Shown one piece after another: positions 26,758 to 37,183 of a DNA stretch of 64,000 nt (position 1 is its first letter; every line of letters begins with the position of its first letter). The position numbers and the translations under genes were made by a program. Source of the stretch: Bdellovibrio sp. (GTDB lineage: Bacteria > Bdellovibrionota > Bdellovibrionia > Bdellovibrionales > Bdellovibrionaceae); assembly GCA_043760925.1 (NCBI GenBank), contig JAYUOK010000057.1:14939-78938 (forward strand), given 5' to 3'. Below the pieces are notes generated by a model. The model made no database searches. It was not told the DNA's origin and was given only the letters and a program-made list of their open reading frames with translations.

Positions 26758-27755
26758 CACTGTTGGGAAGCCAGTTTAATATTTTTAATATGTTCAATCA
26801 CTTCATTTGGAGTAATTGCGCGAAGGCACTCGTGAAAATTCGGATTGATGCAGGGGCCTTGGCCATGCTTACTACATGGACGACATTTTAAATTTCTTTC
26901 TAAAATTAAAGTCGATGGTCGCGACGGAAAACCAAACGGGGCGGGGCCCATGAATGCAATCGCGGGCCGACCTAATTGTTCAGCGAAGTGTAAAAGGCCC
27001 GTATCATTACTGATCAGTAAATTTGCCTTTTCGATGATCGCTGCCGATTGAGTTAAATTGGATTGGCCAGTTAAATTGACGACATTTGCATACTGATTTA
27101 ACTCACTGGTAAAGGTATCGGCTTGTCCTGCTAAAACGACGAATTGGCGATCAGGCATGTTCGAAATAAGTTGATGCCAATACTCGAGTGGCCACCGCTT
27201 CAGTTCATAAGATGCCGAAGGAGCTAAGACAATTGGATTCATAAGTTGATGTTTGCTGAAGACATCCGTTGCATAGTTGCGAGATGCTTGATCTAGAAAT
27301 AATTGAGGGGTTGGTGGAAGAAAAAATTTATAATTCCACTTTTCAAGGGGCTTTAATAAATCACGTTGACCTGAAAAAGGTTTTTCAAAAAGATTGCGTT
27401 GGAATCTAATCAGTAAAAATCTTTTCAGCCGCATCATGGGTCGAACTAAAGTATTTGGCACAAATAAAAAACTTCGAATAACAAGCGATCGTAGATTATT
27501 ATGGGCATCATACAGATGCGTGAAATTTTCTTTACGAAGTTCTTGAATTAATTTCCATAAACCTTGCACGCCTAACTTGCGATCTAATTTCCAAACGCGT
27601 TCAATATTTGGATTGTTGTCGGCTAGTGAAGAAAGATCTTCCCGTGTTACAAAATGAATTCGAGCTTCTGGGGTATAGCTTTTTATCAGGCTTGGAATGC
27701 TAAGGGCTTGGGTCAGGTCCCCAATGCTTGAAAAGCGTATAATCAAAACTTTCAT
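26757..27755 (-). CDS. LPS heptosyltransferase (glycosyltransferase family 9)
   Basis: MKVLIIRFSSIGDLTQALSIP is the canonical GT9 N-terminus; LISNDTGLLHFA lies in the C-terminal half. ATG 27785 is the longer alternative. Confidence 0.85.
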   Translation of the reverse strand: MKVLIIRFSSIGDLTQALSIPSLIKSYTPEARIHFVTREDLSSLADNNPNIERVWKLDRKLGVQGLWKLIQELRKENFTHLYDAHNNLRSLVIRSFLFVPNTLVRPMMRLKRFLLIRFQRNLFEKPFSGQRDLLKPLEKWNYKFFLPPTPQLFLDQASRNYATDVFSKHQLMNPIVLAPSASYELKRWPLEYWHQLISNMPDRQFVVLAGQADTFTSELNQYANVVNLTGQSNLTQSAAIIEKANLLISNDTGLLHFAEQLGRPAIAFMGPAPFGFPSRPSTLILERNLKCRPCSKHGQGPCINPNFHECLRAITPNEVIEHIKNIKLASQQ

Positions 27756-27886
27756 ATCCGCTATGATATTTACAAAATCTGGCATGTGTCTAGAGCTAGC
27801 AGTCTAAACGCATTAAATGCTCTTTAAAACCACCAGATTCGCTTACATGCATTTTTTAAGGCATACGGCTTGTAGGTATCATTGAT

Positions 27887-29206
27887 ATGAGATTCACCAA
27901 ATGGTTTTTAGTTTTAATAATTCTTAGTCACACGATGGTGTCTCATTCTGATATGAAGTCGACTTTAGAGGTCGACAGTCTTACTTTTTTAAGTCCCGAT
28001 TATGAAACCACCGAGAAAAAAAGTTTCTTATTCGCGGGTGCAACCATAGCTTCGAATCCGGCAAAGCCCGATTTATTTATGCTTAATTTGACGGGACGTT
28101 ATGCCGTCGGTCAGTCCGTTTTAAGTTACCTGAACATCCGCGAAATTTATTTTACTTACGAGACTGACTCAAGTTCATCGATTCATGTTGGACGAAAACT
28201 AAATAATTGGTCAGCTCTTGATTCAGACTGGAACTTAGGGTTTTTTCAACCGCAGTTTCGCTGGAATCCAGTTGATCCTGAAAACCAAGGCATGACCGGA
28301 CTTTTCTGGGAAAGAAACGAAGCTTTCTGGGGCTTAACTCTTTTTGCATCACCAATTTTTATTCCAGATCAGGGGCCTGGCTACGATCTTAAAGACGGAC
28401 AATTCGAGCGAAGTAATCCTTGGTTTTCTAATCCCCCGCAAAATGTCAGATTTCAGGGCGAAGTTTTCCCAATCGATTATGTTATTCTTAAACCTGAGAC
28501 GACAGATGTTATTTTTCAGCCTGTTTATGCTGCTAGCTTTCGACTGGGTGAAAAGACCGGACTTTATTCAAATATAGCCGGCGCATTTAAACCGGCTCAC
28601 CAGTTGGCGCTTGCGTATAAAGCGACGCATGTAGTTTCAAGAGTTCGTGTCGATGTTATTCCGAAAACATATTTAGAAAATATTTACTCTGCCGACGTTG
28701 GCTACCGCGACGATTGGGGCGCGGCCCAGTTTTCCGTGCTTTATACAAAACCTCAAACGCCAGAGTTCGAATCGGGGTATAACGTTCCGATTCTTGACGA
28801 GAGCGTCAGCTGGGGGCCCAAGATTGTTTACCGTTTGAAACCCTTTCAGTTCGGAATTTCTTATCTGGATACGACTGGCGGCGCAGTGAAAGAGACCGGC
28901 CCCGACGTGGCAAGCGACCGAGCGGCGCTCACGCAGCGTTACTTATTTCGCCAAGCGGTGCAAGTACAAGCCTCATACAGAGAAATTTTATTTAAAAAAG
29001 TTTTAATTGATTCAAGCATCCAGTGGCGAAGTAGTACCAAAGATGAATTCACTGAAATTCGCTTTAAAAATAAATTCGACTTACGGGGTCCATGGTCTTT
29101 TTGGGCCGACCTCACTTTAATTGAAACTGCAGACAAAACTCTTTCAAATATGGGCCCTTACAGGAATATTGATCAAGTATGGATTGGAGCCGGCTATGAT
29201 ATCTAG
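27887..29206 (+). CDS. OM beta-barrel-like protein, module B (paralog of 16646..18085)
   Basis: Signal peptide MRFTKWFLVLIILSHTMVSHS and C-terminal ...VWIGAGYDI. Alignable with module A (see that entry). Confidence 0.8.
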   Translation: MRFTKWFLVLIILSHTMVSHSDMKSTLEVDSLTFLSPDYETTEKKSFLFAGATIASNPAKPDLFMLNLTGRYAVGQSVLSYLNIREIYFTYETDSSSSIHVGRKLNNWSALDSDWNLGFFQPQFRWNPVDPENQGMTGLFWERNEAFWGLTLFASPIFIPDQGPGYDLKDGQFERSNPWFSNPPQNVRFQGEVFPIDYVILKPETTDVIFQPVYAASFRLGEKTGLYSNIAGAFKPAHQLALAYKATHVVSRVRVDVIPKTYLENIYSADVGYRDDWGAAQFSVLYTKPQTPEFESGYNVPILDESVSWGPKIVYRLKPFQFGISYLDTTGGAVKETGPDVASDRAALTQRYLFRQAVQVQASYREILFKKVLIDSSIQWRSSTKDEFTEIRFKNKFDLRGPWSFWADLTLIETADKTLSNMGPYRNIDQVWIGAGYDI

Positions 29207-31580
29207 AATTTTTCGAACCTCAATAGTAGTCATTGCTTTAGGCAGTGTTACAGTATCGTGTACAGATTTTCTGCGCGGCAAGCCAGAGAAAAAAGAAACG
29301 ATCGTAGTCGAGAAAGAATCACTTAGTTGTTTAAAACAGGTCGCTACGCAATTTAAAAATTTACTTAAGTCTGAAGCAAGTGAAAAAGATGTTGATGCAA
29401 GTTTTGCTTGTCTTGATAAAACACTGAGCGAATTTCAAAATCGCGTTGAAGGACGAAGCGATGCCCATTCATTTACGGCCGAAGAACTGCATGAAATATT
29501 TGAACGATTTTTAAAAGACGTTGAGGTTTCAAGAGAAGCAACAACAGATTTATTAGTTCTGAAAACGGCCATATTGGGTGGTAGCAATGATAAGATTACA
29601 AAAAAAGAAATTAGCGACCTAAGAAATTTTCTTTCAGTCTTGAAACCCGAATTGAAGGCACTGATTCCTTACGCAAAAATATTTGCTTTTAAAAAAGGTG
29701 ATACCGCGTATTTAAAAAGTGTTATCAAAGGCGCATTCGATCAACTTAATTTAAGTTTAAAAAAGTTAATTAAAGTAACTTATATTACGCGTTCAGATTA
29801 CCGATTCGAAGATTTTAAACGCCTAGTTACGCATCTAAATGTGATCGAAGGCGAAAAAAATAATCTGATGGAGCTAGCGAGTAAAGTTAAAAATCTACTG
29901 GTTGGAAACTACACGTTGCAGACCGAGGCTGATTATTACTTGTTCGTAGATAATTTAACAGAGATTTTACGCCTGTACTCGACGCAAGTTCAAGGAAATG
30001 TAAAATTTGAAATTTCGACAGGTAGCCATATGAACACCTCAATCGAATATATTCAAAGCTGGCTAGTGCTGCTTGAAAACTCAGTACAGTATAAGAATAA
30101 ACAAACGATTGCCCTTGATTCGTTGAATCCACTCATTGAAGAAATCGCTGCGCAGGGCATTCTACCGGTACAAATACAAGGAACAACTTTAGTTGAATTT
30201 TATAAGATGTTGATCGTTCGTGTATTCGAATCGGGTCGTCATGGAGATATCGCAAAAATAACCGGTCTTAGCCAGGTTCACTTCACAAACTTAAAAAGAG
30301 AAATTGCCATCTACCGACTTTACATGGAATTCATCAATGCGGTCGCCGTTGATGATGTTCGAATACCAATCAAAAGTATTCAAACGCAGCTAAGACAGTA
30401 TAATCCGAAAGCTCAAGAAAGCATTCTTAAATCGGTTCATGCAAGCGAGCATGCGAAAGTACTTCGTTCTTTTGATGAGTTACGCAATGAATTTCTAAGT
30501 GCGCGGCCGGTGGTTTATCGTTTTAAAAAAATGGTTATCGCAAATAACCAAGAGGTTTGGGATCAGAACTGGGAAGATTTAGCACGTGGTTTTTATGCAA
30601 AGATGCTTGCGCGCCAGTTATTAATTGGATGGGGAATGTTCACCCCATCGCGTGAAAACCCAACCGGTTATGCTTCAAAAGAGGTATCGCATTCTCACTT
30701 AACCGAAGATGCACTGGTGCAGTGGTACGCTGAGTTCAGACAGTTCGGAATCGAAACGAAAGCTTTCGATCCGCGATCTGTTAATTCGGGCGCTGAAAGT
30801 TTTAAGCAGGCTGACTTGCTAACGTTTTCGGCCGATGGCGACGGAAAGATGAACTTCTTTGAAACCGTACAATACGTTAATTTGCTAGTCTCTGGCGGCG
30901 GCCAAACTCTGAGCGAAATTCGTGCGGGGCTTGGCCGGGCCGGTTGCAACTTAACCGAAAAAGATGCGTTTGACTATGTTTGGAATAACGAAGCCTGCGC
31001 GATTGATGATTTGCGCAAAAACTTTAAATTTTATTTCTCGAATTTGTCGTGGTTAACTGCTTTTGTTGAGCGCTTGAATGATCAACAATTTGTTGATTTC
31101 TATTCCCAGTTGATGGATGTAACCCGATTTGACGCTCGTTTTAAGGGTATTCAAATTGAAACGGTTGATCTGCGTTCAATGTCGATTATTCTGCATTACA
31201 TTGAATCGTTATTCAGTACCTTCGATAAAAATTCGAACGGCACCCTGTCTGAATCTGAAATAAGAACTTCGTATGTACGATTTAAAGCTTTTGCAAAAAG
31301 TTACGCGTTTGAAAACTCTAAAGCACAAATTGACGAGTTTAATGGCTTACTAGGGCGCACGGTCTATGGGTGTTATTCAGAAGAAGATTTAATTCGCGAA
31401 TCGTTTATTTTCCTGGTTTACAACGGGAAAACGCCGACAAAAAATAATCTAAGCACTTTGCCTTGTATTTGGGGGTTACGAAAGCCACTCATTAAATTTT
31501 CGGCTTATGCGGAAGTGGATCGAAAAACGGTTATTAATACTTTTAAAATTTTAAAAGCCGTATTAGGCTCTAAGAAATAG
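29196..31580 (+). CDS. Large (about 795 aa) helical lipoprotein with a canonical EF-hand loop, module B (paralog of 18075..21083)
   Basis: ATG 29196 follows GGAG (29186-29189) and gives MISRIFRTSIVVIALGSVTVSC (lipobox). 11-nt overlap with the upstream stop. DKNSNGTLSESEI (31224-31259) satisfies the PROSITE EF-hand loop pattern; a second degenerate loop is SADGDGKMNFFE. Confidence 0.85.
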   Translation: MISRIFRTSIVVIALGSVTVSCTDFLRGKPEKKETIVVEKESLSCLKQVATQFKNLLKSEASEKDVDASFACLDKTLSEFQNRVEGRSDAHSFTAEELHEIFERFLKDVEVSREATTDLLVLKTAILGGSNDKITKKEISDLRNFLSVLKPELKALIPYAKIFAFKKGDTAYLKSVIKGAFDQLNLSLKKLIKVTYITRSDYRFEDFKRLVTHLNVIEGEKNNLMELASKVKNLLVGNYTLQTEADYYLFVDNLTEILRLYSTQVQGNVKFEISTGSHMNTSIEYIQSWLVLLENSVQYKNKQTIALDSLNPLIEEIAAQGILPVQIQGTTLVEFYKMLIVRVFESGRHGDIAKITGLSQVHFTNLKREIAIYRLYMEFINAVAVDDVRIPIKSIQTQLRQYNPKAQESILKSVHASEHAKVLRSFDELRNEFLSARPVVYRFKKMVIANNQEVWDQNWEDLARGFYAKMLARQLLIGWGMFTPSRENPTGYASKEVSHSHLTEDALVQWYAEFRQFGIETKAFDPRSVNSGAESFKQADLLTFSADGDGKMNFFETVQYVNLLVSGGGQTLSEIRAGLGRAGCNLTEKDAFDYVWNNEACAIDDLRKNFKFYFSNLSWLTAFVERLNDQQFVDFYSQLMDVTRFDARFKGIQIETVDLRSMSIILHYIESLFSTFDKNSNGTLSESEIRTSYVRFKAFAKSYAFENSKAQIDEFNGLLGRTVYGCYSEEDLIRESFIFLVYNGKTPTKNNLSTLPCIWGLRKPLIKFSAYAEVDRKTVINTFKILKAVLGSKK

Positions 31581-31599
31581 CTAGAAAGAGTATCGCAAC

Positions 31600-32748
31600 A
31601 TGATGTTTTCTATCCCGAGATATAAATGGGCCGTTCTTTTTGCCTGTTTAAGTATGATTGTTTTAGGCCTGGCGGATAATATTCGCGGACCACTATTTGC
31701 TGAGCTTCTTCATTTTTTCAGTTTATCAAATACACAAGGGTCGGCCACTTTTGCAGCTACTTCGGCAGCAGCTTTCTTTGGCAACGTTGTTTCCGCGCCG
31801 CTGATGCGAATTATGACGCTAGCGCGTTTACTTATTTTTTCAGTTCTGATGATGGCTCTTGGCCTTTTTGCAATGGGCATTGCTCCCACATTCGTCGTCT
31901 ACATGTTGAGCGCAGTCGTTTTTGGTTTCAGTTTAGGATTAATGGCAGTCGTTCAAAATTTGATCGTTGCTGAAAATGTAGTAACTGAAAAGCAACCGAA
32001 AGCGTTATCTGCTTTGCACGCGCTGTACGGTCTTTCAAGTTTGCTCGCTCCATTTATTGCCTCACGTGCCCCCGAGATCTTTGGGCCTTGGAGAAGTGCA
32101 TTCTTCATAACAAGTGCCGCCTGCGCTGTCGTTGTTGTTGGTGCATTAATAGCCTATTCTGAACCTGCGTTCGAAATTCATCAGCGAACGAAAGAACAAG
32201 TTGATCATCGTGCTTCAAAACTTCTACTTTTTGCATTCGGTGGAATTTTTGCTTTCTATGTGACGGCCGAAATTTTAGTTGCAACACGCCTGGCGCTTTA
32301 TTTAAGAACCTACTTTAATATGGATCTCGAGCAATCAAGTAATTACGTCAGTTATTTCTTTATGTTTTTACTGCTGGGACGCGCGATCTTTGCAGTGAAA
32401 ACTTTTAAAATTTCATTACGACAGCAGATGAATATTTCTTTAATCACATCCATTTTGTGTTTAATCGCGGGCCTTTGGTATCACCCGTTTTTTTTGGCAG
32501 TGGTTGGTTTGGCAATGGCTCCTTTCTATCCGATATCGGTCGCTTATATATCAGAAAAGACGGGCACTGAAAAAAGAAAATTTATTACCTTCGCTTTAAG
32601 TTTTCAAAGTTTATGTGTTATCTGTATGCATTTGGGAGTTGGGTATCTGACTGACCAGTATGGTTTGTTTTACGCTTTCGGCATTGGTTTACTTTCATTG
32701 GTCTTTTCATTACTTTGTGTGAACTTTCATCCGAAGGTGACATCGTGA
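31600..32748 (+). CDS. MFS transporter
   Basis: 382 aa, about 12 TM helices in 6+6 organisation. 19 nt downstream of the lipoprotein gene. Confidence 0.85.
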   Translation: MMFSIPRYKWAVLFACLSMIVLGLADNIRGPLFAELLHFFSLSNTQGSATFAATSAAAFFGNVVSAPLMRIMTLARLLIFSVLMMALGLFAMGIAPTFVVYMLSAVVFGFSLGLMAVVQNLIVAENVVTEKQPKALSALHALYGLSSLLAPFIASRAPEIFGPWRSAFFITSAACAVVVVGALIAYSEPAFEIHQRTKEQVDHRASKLLLFAFGGIFAFYVTAEILVATRLALYLRTYFNMDLEQSSNYVSYFFMFLLLGRAIFAVKTFKISLRQQMNISLITSILCLIAGLWYHPFFLAVVGLAMAPFYPISVAYISEKTGTEKRKFITFALSFQSLCVICMHLGVGYLTDQYGLFYAFGIGLLSLVFSLLCVNFHPKVTS

Positions 32749-33740
32749 TTGCTTTTCTAATTTGTTTTTTTACCGTGACAATCGCGTGGGCTGACAACAG
32801 CCCTTTTCGAACGGCTTTGGTCGAAAGCTTTGTCGACCATCAAAAAATAACAGCGGTCAGCGAGCGGGACGATTGGGAAGTGGGCGAAATTCTTTCGGTG
32901 GTTTCCAGAAATGCAAAATTAGGTGTGATTGGGTTCGTGGAAGTAAATTCAATACGTGCGCTTTCAGCTAGAAAATTCGAAATACGACTTAGATTACTAC
33001 GTCAGTCCAGAAAATATTTTATTCAAACGGGCGATGTCATCAGGCGTATGGATCTAACGGTTGATAATAATGATTACATTGGCACGACTGATTTATTGAT
33101 TAAGCAAAGTAGTTTTAACGTGTCATCGAAATATCGCCCGTTGACGTATCAAGGTATTATTATCGGTGATACGGCACAGACGTTGTATAAAAAAGAAATG
33201 CTAGTGAATTACTTCGGCAATTTTATGTACGGCTATAACGAATGGCTGACAGTTGGAACTCTCATTCCCGCAAATGTTTTTGGTAAGCCGAACGGCAGTT
33301 TTAAGGCCCGTGTTCATGATACTGAAGCCACCACGCTATCGACCGGGCTTTCGTTCGTACGCATCACGCAGAATGATGAAGCCTCGCTGAACTGGAACCT
33401 TTACTGGGATTCAACATCTTCGGAAGCATTAATCAGTCACACTTTTGTAAGTGTTGGTTTAGTCAAGTGGGAAAAGGCAGCCGAGGCTACGGCCATCAAA
33501 GCACTTGGTTCAAGTTCTTTTCAAACAGGCTACGAGGTTATTTTAAATAGCTGGGATCGATTACTTGTTGGACCAAGTTATAATTTTGAAAAAAAAGCGC
33601 TCGGCGGTTATTTATCTTACGTGTGGATCATGAACCGCATGCACGTGCAAGTTTCCGCCAATGCGACGGATATCACGAAATTAAAATTCAGCGCGTCTGA
33701 CGGTTACTACGGCTTCTTTGAAATGTATTGGAGATTTTAA
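32745..33740 (+). CDS. Secreted / OM beta-barrel-like hypothetical protein
   Basis: GTG 32745 overlaps the MFS stop (GTGA) after GAAGGTGA. Leader VIAFLICFFTVTIAWA. Beta-rich, with C-terminal ...FFEMYWRF (aromatic terminal residue as in OMPs). Confidence 0.68.
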   Translation: MIAFLICFFTVTIAWADNSPFRTALVESFVDHQKITAVSERDDWEVGEILSVVSRNAKLGVIGFVEVNSIRALSARKFEIRLRLLRQSRKYFIQTGDVIRRMDLTVDNNDYIGTTDLLIKQSSFNVSSKYRPLTYQGIIIGDTAQTLYKKEMLVNYFGNFMYGYNEWLTVGTLIPANVFGKPNGSFKARVHDTEATTLSTGLSFVRITQNDEASLNWNLYWDSTSSEALISHTFVSVGLVKWEKAAEATAIKALGSSSFQTGYEVILNSWDRLLVGPSYNFEKKALGGYLSYVWIMNRMHVQVSANATDITKLKFSASDGYYGFFEMYWRF

Positions 33741-34898
33741 TTGGCTAAATTTTTTGTCAGTTGCCCAGTTGGTTTCGAAGCCGAGTTAGTTTCAGAGCTA
33801 AAAGATTTTTGGTTTGAAATGTTTGACTTAGACGGACTTCCCACCCGGAGTGCTCTCCCTGAACATGTAGCATGGCCGGGCGGAATTGAAATCGAAGTCG
33901 AAGATCATCTAGGCTATCAAATCAATTTTTTTACGAAGATGGCAAATCGCGTGTTAGTACGGATCGCCTATTTTAATTCACGCTATTTCGATCAATTTGA
34001 AAAAGAACTTAACCGCGTTGCCATTGAAAAGTGGCTTGGGCCGCAGGCGGTGCAAGTTAAAGTCGAATATCATAAGTCTAGATTGAACAATGAAAAAAAC
34101 ATAATTGAAGCCGTGACCAGTAGTCTGGGCAAAAAGAAGTTTAAGGTCGTTGCAACTTCAGCTGATGAAATCCCTACGATTTATTTTCGTTTAGACAAAG
34201 ACAATGTAACGGTGAGCTTAGATACCTCGGGCGGCCACTTACACAGGCGTGGCTATGCGCAGTTTCGTGGTGAAGCGCCAATTCGGGAAAATTTAGCAGC
34301 CATGATGATTCGTCAACTGGCAAAAAAGGCAAACATCAACCAGCGCTTAACTTTGATCGATCCGTTTGCGGGGTCAGGAACCATCTTATTTGAAGCGGCA
34401 TCCATGCAAGAGGCTGCACTGAAGCGATCTTATTCATGGCAAAAATTTATTAATCGGCCAAAATTATTTCGATCGGAAGTTTGGTCAAAGAATTATCGCT
34501 GGTTACAGAGTCCTAAAAACTTCAACATGATTGCCATTGATGAAGATGAGAAATCGATTACGAATCTTCAGCGAAACCTAGCCCTATTCGATGAACTTTA
34601 CCCAAATGTTAAACTTGGGATCGAGACTCACGTTGCAGACAGTATGAACGTTAATCTAGAAGCTTTTGGTCAGCGCGAAAATCTGTGGATCGTCACCAAT
34701 CCACCGTATGGACATCGTCTTGAGCAGGGAGAAGCCTTACCTATCCTTGAGCGTTTTGAGCGCGAGTTGCCAATACAGGGGATGATCATATTGCACCCCG
34801 AGCCATGGTATTTCAACTTTGAGTCACTTCGTAAGAGTTCGCAATTAGACTTTAAAAATCAGGGTCTTAGATTAAAACTTTCAGTGTTTACCCGCTAG
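33741..34898 (+). CDS. THUMP-domain class I SAM-dependent RNA (m2G-type) methyltransferase
   Basis: HRRGY...GEAPIRENLAAMMI, LIDPFAGSGTILFEAA (SAM motif I), TNPPYGHRL (N/D-PPY catalytic motif). TTG start abuts the upstream stop. Confidence 0.85.
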   Translation: MAKFFVSCPVGFEAELVSELKDFWFEMFDLDGLPTRSALPEHVAWPGGIEIEVEDHLGYQINFFTKMANRVLVRIAYFNSRYFDQFEKELNRVAIEKWLGPQAVQVKVEYHKSRLNNEKNIIEAVTSSLGKKKFKVVATSADEIPTIYFRLDKDNVTVSLDTSGGHLHRRGYAQFRGEAPIRENLAAMMIRQLAKKANINQRLTLIDPFAGSGTILFEAASMQEAALKRSYSWQKFINRPKLFRSEVWSKNYRWLQSPKNFNMIAIDEDEKSITNLQRNLALFDELYPNVKLGIETHVADSMNVNLEAFGQRENLWIVTNPPYGHRLEQGEALPILERFERELPIQGMIILHPEPWYFNFESLRKSSQLDFKNQGLRLKLSVFTR

Positions 34899-34999
34899 AC
34901 GATCGTTTCAATTTTTCATTGTACATGGCAGAACTCCGAAGGCGCTCGACCAATCGTCTGGTTTTAAGTATAACAAACCGTTCATTCAGGGGGAACCAC

Positions 35000-35884
35000 A
35001 TGAAATTAGCTCAAATATTTTCAATCTTACTTACTTCAATTTTCTTAAGTTCATGCGCTCCGAAAGATACTCCTCTTGCAAAACCGGGTGGTTCAAATGC
35101 AAACGCAAATGCCGAAAGCAATAAACATCTACTTTATTTAATTGATCGCCAAGCAGAAGCCATTCACTTATTCAAAGCCGTTATTGATAGCGAATACGCG
35201 CAGAAGCAAAAGCTAAATGTGGAAGACGTTGTTGTGGCCGGAATGCCAATGAAAAAACTCTCTTCACCGGCGCGTGATTTTAAAGCCGGAAATCAAGTCC
35301 ACAAGTCCGAGACAAACTTATTGCTACAAATTGAAAAAGCGGATGATCAAACAGTATCGGGCGCTCGATTCAGTGAAAATCCTGAAGGCCCCATCAACCG
35401 CGATACTTTTGAAGATGGTTCGAAAAACATTACCGTCAAAAATAAAAGCAAAACAATCACGATCAAGAAGCTTGCCGATGGAAAATACTCTGCATTTATG
35501 CGACATATTGACGAGTCGAATACCGTTGCTGGTAAGTCAATTTTAATTAATGAATCTCAATTTACATTTTCATTAGTTGAAGCAAGAGCCGAAATTCTTG
35601 AAATGACCGTGAAACATAATCGTTATGGTTCGCAAACCGCTGACCTAGATATGAAATCAAAATCATCTTCGATTAAAGTTGATTTAAAAGCTGACTGCGT
35701 TTCAATCTCAGGCGCGCTTCAATTAGAATCAGTTATGCTTCGAAAAGATAAAACACCTGTTTATGATAAGTCTTTGGATTTCACGGATTCAAGTGTGCGA
35801 GGAATCGCAAATCGCGACGTCATCGAGCAGGCCGCGGCAGAATGTGCATCCCGCCCAGTCGTCGATCTTAAAAAATTATTGTAA
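35000..35884 (+). CDS. Hypothetical lipoprotein
   Basis: AGGGGGA SD, MKLAQIFSILLTSIFLSSC lipobox. No family recognised. Confidence 0.7.
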   Translation: MKLAQIFSILLTSIFLSSCAPKDTPLAKPGGSNANANAESNKHLLYLIDRQAEAIHLFKAVIDSEYAQKQKLNVEDVVVAGMPMKKLSSPARDFKAGNQVHKSETNLLLQIEKADDQTVSGARFSENPEGPINRDTFEDGSKNITVKNKSKTITIKKLADGKYSAFMRHIDESNTVAGKSILINESQFTFSLVEARAEILEMTVKHNRYGSQTADLDMKSKSSSIKVDLKADCVSISGALQLESVMLRKDKTPVYDKSLDFTDSSVRGIANRDVIEQAAAECASRPVVDLKKLL

Positions 35885-35902
35885 GAATTATTGCAAGAAT
35901 TA

Positions 35903-37069
35903 TTATAAGATACGAAGTCTTGCGTAAAGCGGGAAGTGGTCAGAGACCCCTTCTTTTTTTTCAGGGCTAAAACGAAGTGGCGTCCCATTTCGCTTCATGT
36001 TCGTGGTCGTACGAACGACCTGTAAAGATTCTGGAATCAATTCAACGCCGCTAGCTTGCGGAAGATTTTTCGAATAGACCATCACATCCAAAAAAGACCA
36101 TTCACCTTTATAATTGTGCGAGCCCTGACATTCTTTGCATCCCACTAAGTGTGAGACATGACCAACTTCAGAAAGTTGTGTTTTAAAAAACCCTTCTTTT
36201 TCTTCTTCAGTTGGGATGATGTTTAAATCTCCCCCCAAGATTACGGCACGACCTTCTTTTTGATAATCAGTCATTAGTTTCTTTGCAAATTGAACGGCTT
36301 GCGCGCGCCATGCGCTAGGATTTGATTGCGACGGAAAATGGACAGACAAGAACGTTAAATTTTTCTTGTTAGGTAGTTGCACAGTGGCTTCAAGAATTCC
36401 GCGGGAACGCTTCGCCCATTTAAGTTGTTCAGGGTTTGCGTCTACGTAAGGGATCAAGTGAAGTTTAGGCTGACCCTTCAACGGAAACTTCGAGATAAAT
36501 GCAGGGTCAATTCCACGCAAATCCGGACCGTCGATCAGTACAACTGTCTGATAGCCTAGATCGCTTAATTGCTCTTTCACCAAACGATTTAAGACGTTAA
36601 TGTTTTCAACCTCGGCCAAGAAAACATTATCGGGACCTTTGCCTCCGTCAATATGACGGATGATTGAATCAATACTTTTAAATTTCGCTTTTAAAACATC
36701 TTCCGTCCAATCCATCTCTTCGCATTCTTGACGGTAGTGGTTATTTTTTTGCTGCGCGCAGAACTTAACAACTTCCGGTTTTTTCTTCTCAGCAAGCGGT
36801 AAATAAGCAAAATCTTCGCGGTCGATATCGTGGGTTGTATCGAAAAGATTTTCTACGTTGAACGTCATCACCGAGATTTCATTAGGCTTTTTAGAAACTA
36901 CATCAGGTTTTACAACCCCGCCTATTTCAGCGGTTGGGGACGAGATATTTTTTGTTCCACTGCAGCCAAAGGCTCCACTAAGAATAAGCGTAAAACAGAG
37001 AATGACGTAAGCTAGATTAGAGGTTATTGATCTTGTCGAAAGCTTGATTGTTTTGTGTATTTTTTGCAT
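35903..37069 (-). CDS. Endonuclease/exonuclease/phosphatase (EEP) family lipoprotein
   Basis: Lipobox SGAFGC. ISVMTFNVENLFD, GGDLN and VSDHFPLYARL are EEP catalytic blocks. Confidence 0.85.
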   Translation of the reverse strand: MQKIHKTIKLSTRSITSNLAYVILCFTLILSGAFGCSGTKNISSPTAEIGGVVKPDVVSKKPNEISVMTFNVENLFDTTHDIDREDFAYLPLAEKKKPEVVKFCAQQKNNHYRQECEEMDWTEDVLKAKFKSIDSIIRHIDGGKGPDNVFLAEVENINVLNRLVKEQLSDLGYQTVVLIDGPDLRGIDPAFISKFPLKGQPKLHLIPYVDANPEQLKWAKRSRGILEATVQLPNKKNLTFLSVHFPSQSNPSAWRAQAVQFAKKLMTDYQKEGRAVILGGDLNIIPTEEEKEGFFKTQLSEVGHVSHLVGCKECQGSHNYKGEWSFLDVMVYSKNLPQASGVELIPESLQVVRTTTNMKRNGTPLRFSPEKKEGVSDHFPLYARLRIL

Positions 37070-37183
37070 GAAACGAGCCTAGTCGAAAACAATTTTCGGC
37101 GCTAGTTTAGACGTATCTAGTGCGGTGTGATATAAGGTTGGAAGACTTTTCTTAAGGCTTGATTGTCATGATGGGGGTAACCG

